From Chryseobacterium gleum (GTDB taxonomy: Bacteria; Bacteroidota; Bacteroidia; Flavobacteriales_D; Crocinitomicaceae): a stretch of DNA of 64,000 nucleotides. Shown one piece after another: positions 63,159 to 64,000 of the stretch (its first letter is position 1; every line of letters begins with the position of its first letter). The notes beneath the pieces were generated by a model. It saw nothing but the letters and a program-made list of their open reading frames with translations. It was not told the origin of the DNA and searched no databases. The translations under genes were made by a program, and so were the position numbers. The DNA is taken from positions 496 to 64,495 of the forward strand of contig CAMCWF010000011.1 in NCBI GenBank assembly GCA_945882095.1, in the 5' to 3' direction.

Positions 63159-63333
63159 GTTTTCAGCATACGATTCATAAACTCCCCCCTTCAGCATTAC
63201 CCCCTTGATTTTGTTTTAGCAATAATAGATAAACGTGGTAGCCAGCAAAAAACAATAATGCTAGTCCAATAAATTTTAGTATCATTGATTCATCAATAGA
63301 AATCAACTGATCAGGACAATAACAAGAGCGACT

Positions 63334-64000
63334 ATGAGCAACTATTCAACGTTTATTCAATTAATAATTTTCGTGCTGTTTTTTCAAATGAATGGTATGG
63401 GACAAAATAGCGCATGTGGGACTGACTACATTCACAATGCACGGATGGAATCCGATGCTGTTTATAAAAAACAAATACTCGATTTGGAATCGCACGTTGA
63501 AGCGAGTATAAAAAATCATGTAAATCATAACTCAAAATCGACCGTTTACACAATTCCCGTTGTTGTTCATGTGCTTCATTTAGGGGAGGCTATTGGAACA
63601 GGTTCTAATATTTCAGATTTGCAAATTCAACAAGCAATTACTGGTCTAAATAACCGATTTAATAATTCAAACGGTAATGGAGTTGATGTTGAAATGGAAT
63701 TTTGTCTGGCAAGTATAGACCCTAACGGCAATCCAACTTCCGGTATTAACAGAGTTAATGGTACTAGCGTAGCAAATTACCAAACCAACGGCATAACCCC
63801 AGTTGGAAACCCATGTGTCGGAGCAAGTGAAACTTCCATAAAGGACTTAAGCAGATGGCCTGTTGGTGATTATTATAACATTTGGGTAGTAAGTGAAATA
63901 TGTAATGGTAGTTTTGTTGGCTTTGCATCTTATCCAGTTGGCGGCCTTTACGATGGACTAATGATTGTTTCTACCTCAATGACAAGTAACAGTGGAACCT
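63334..64000 (+). CDS. Zinc metalloprotease, M43 (pappalysin/cytophagalysin-like) family, N-terminal 222 codons (runs off the window)
   Basis: Hand-translated from the ATG at 63334: MSNYSTFIQLIIFVLFFQMNGMGQNSACGTDY...TVYTIPVVVHVLHLGEAIGTGSNISDLQIQQAITGLNNRF... The CGT...IPVV(V/F)HV...Q(I/V)..LN..F layout is typical of M43 N-termini. The HExxH motif would lie beyond the window. Confidence 0.6.
   Translation, partial: MSNYSTFIQLIIFVLFFQMNGMGQNSACGTDYIHNARMESDAVYKKQILDLESHVEASIKNHVNHNSKSTVYTIPVVVHVLHLGEAIGTGSNISDLQIQQAITGLNNRFNNSNGNGVDVEMEFCLASIDPNGNPTSGINRVNGTSVANYQTNGITPVGNPCVGASETSIKDLSRWPVGDYYNIWVVSEICNGSFVGFASYPVGGLYDGLMIVSTSMTSNSGT

Noticed and set aside
1-64000. Genomic island, prophage or integrative element
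   Set aside because: There is no integrase, transposase, tRNA attachment site or flanking direct repeats, and no obvious compositional shift by eye. Gene content is core envelope, secretion and housekeeping functions.

Overview
This is a very gene-dense window (about 50 CDS, roughly 95% coding, about 40% GC by eye) from the chromosome of a Bacteroidota bacterium. It most likely belongs to a gliding Flavobacteriia/Cytophagia-type lineage. The evidence is many type IX secretion (T9SS) cargo proteins: three with type A C-terminal sorting domains and three with type B 'gliding motility-associated' C-terminal domains. Further evidence is two PorP/SprF genes, SprB-type repeats, an S46 peptidase, and TAnnTTTG -7 promoter boxes with very short leaders. 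Recognisable housekeeping genes are recJ, truA, fabD, ribF, rlmH, yidD, asnB, a menC-like gene, an lptD-like gene, an MlaD-family gene, an Amidase_3/SPOR amidase and RNase P RNA (rnpB, found by hand at 36937..37321, minus strand). I saw no tRNA, rRNA, CRISPR array, transposase, integrase or phage genes, and no recognisable defence island, so the window looks like core genome rather than an accessory region. I cannot demonstrate a clearly novel multi-gene system. The observations most worth following up are listed here.
1. A DUF3127-type small protein ends in a canonical SSB acidic tip (ADDLPF).
2. A translationally coupled unit encodes an unknown protein, an orphan ABC ATPase and a YihY/BrkB membrane protein, with no canonical permease.
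3. A split HdrDE/DsrMK-like membrane Fe-S module has a small conserved unknown partner.
4. Convergent genes systematically abut or overlap at their stop codons, with almost no terminators.
5. A five-gene operon mixes a processive GT2 synthase that has an extracytoplasmic N-terminal domain, a polytopic membrane protein, AsnB, rlmH and an enolase-superfamily enzyme.
6. An adhesin gene contains a 5 x 207-nt in-frame tandem repeat.
Many ORF-track starts are GTG/TTG longest-ORF extensions. I re-called them where an ATG with a signal peptide or a conserved N-terminus was visible.
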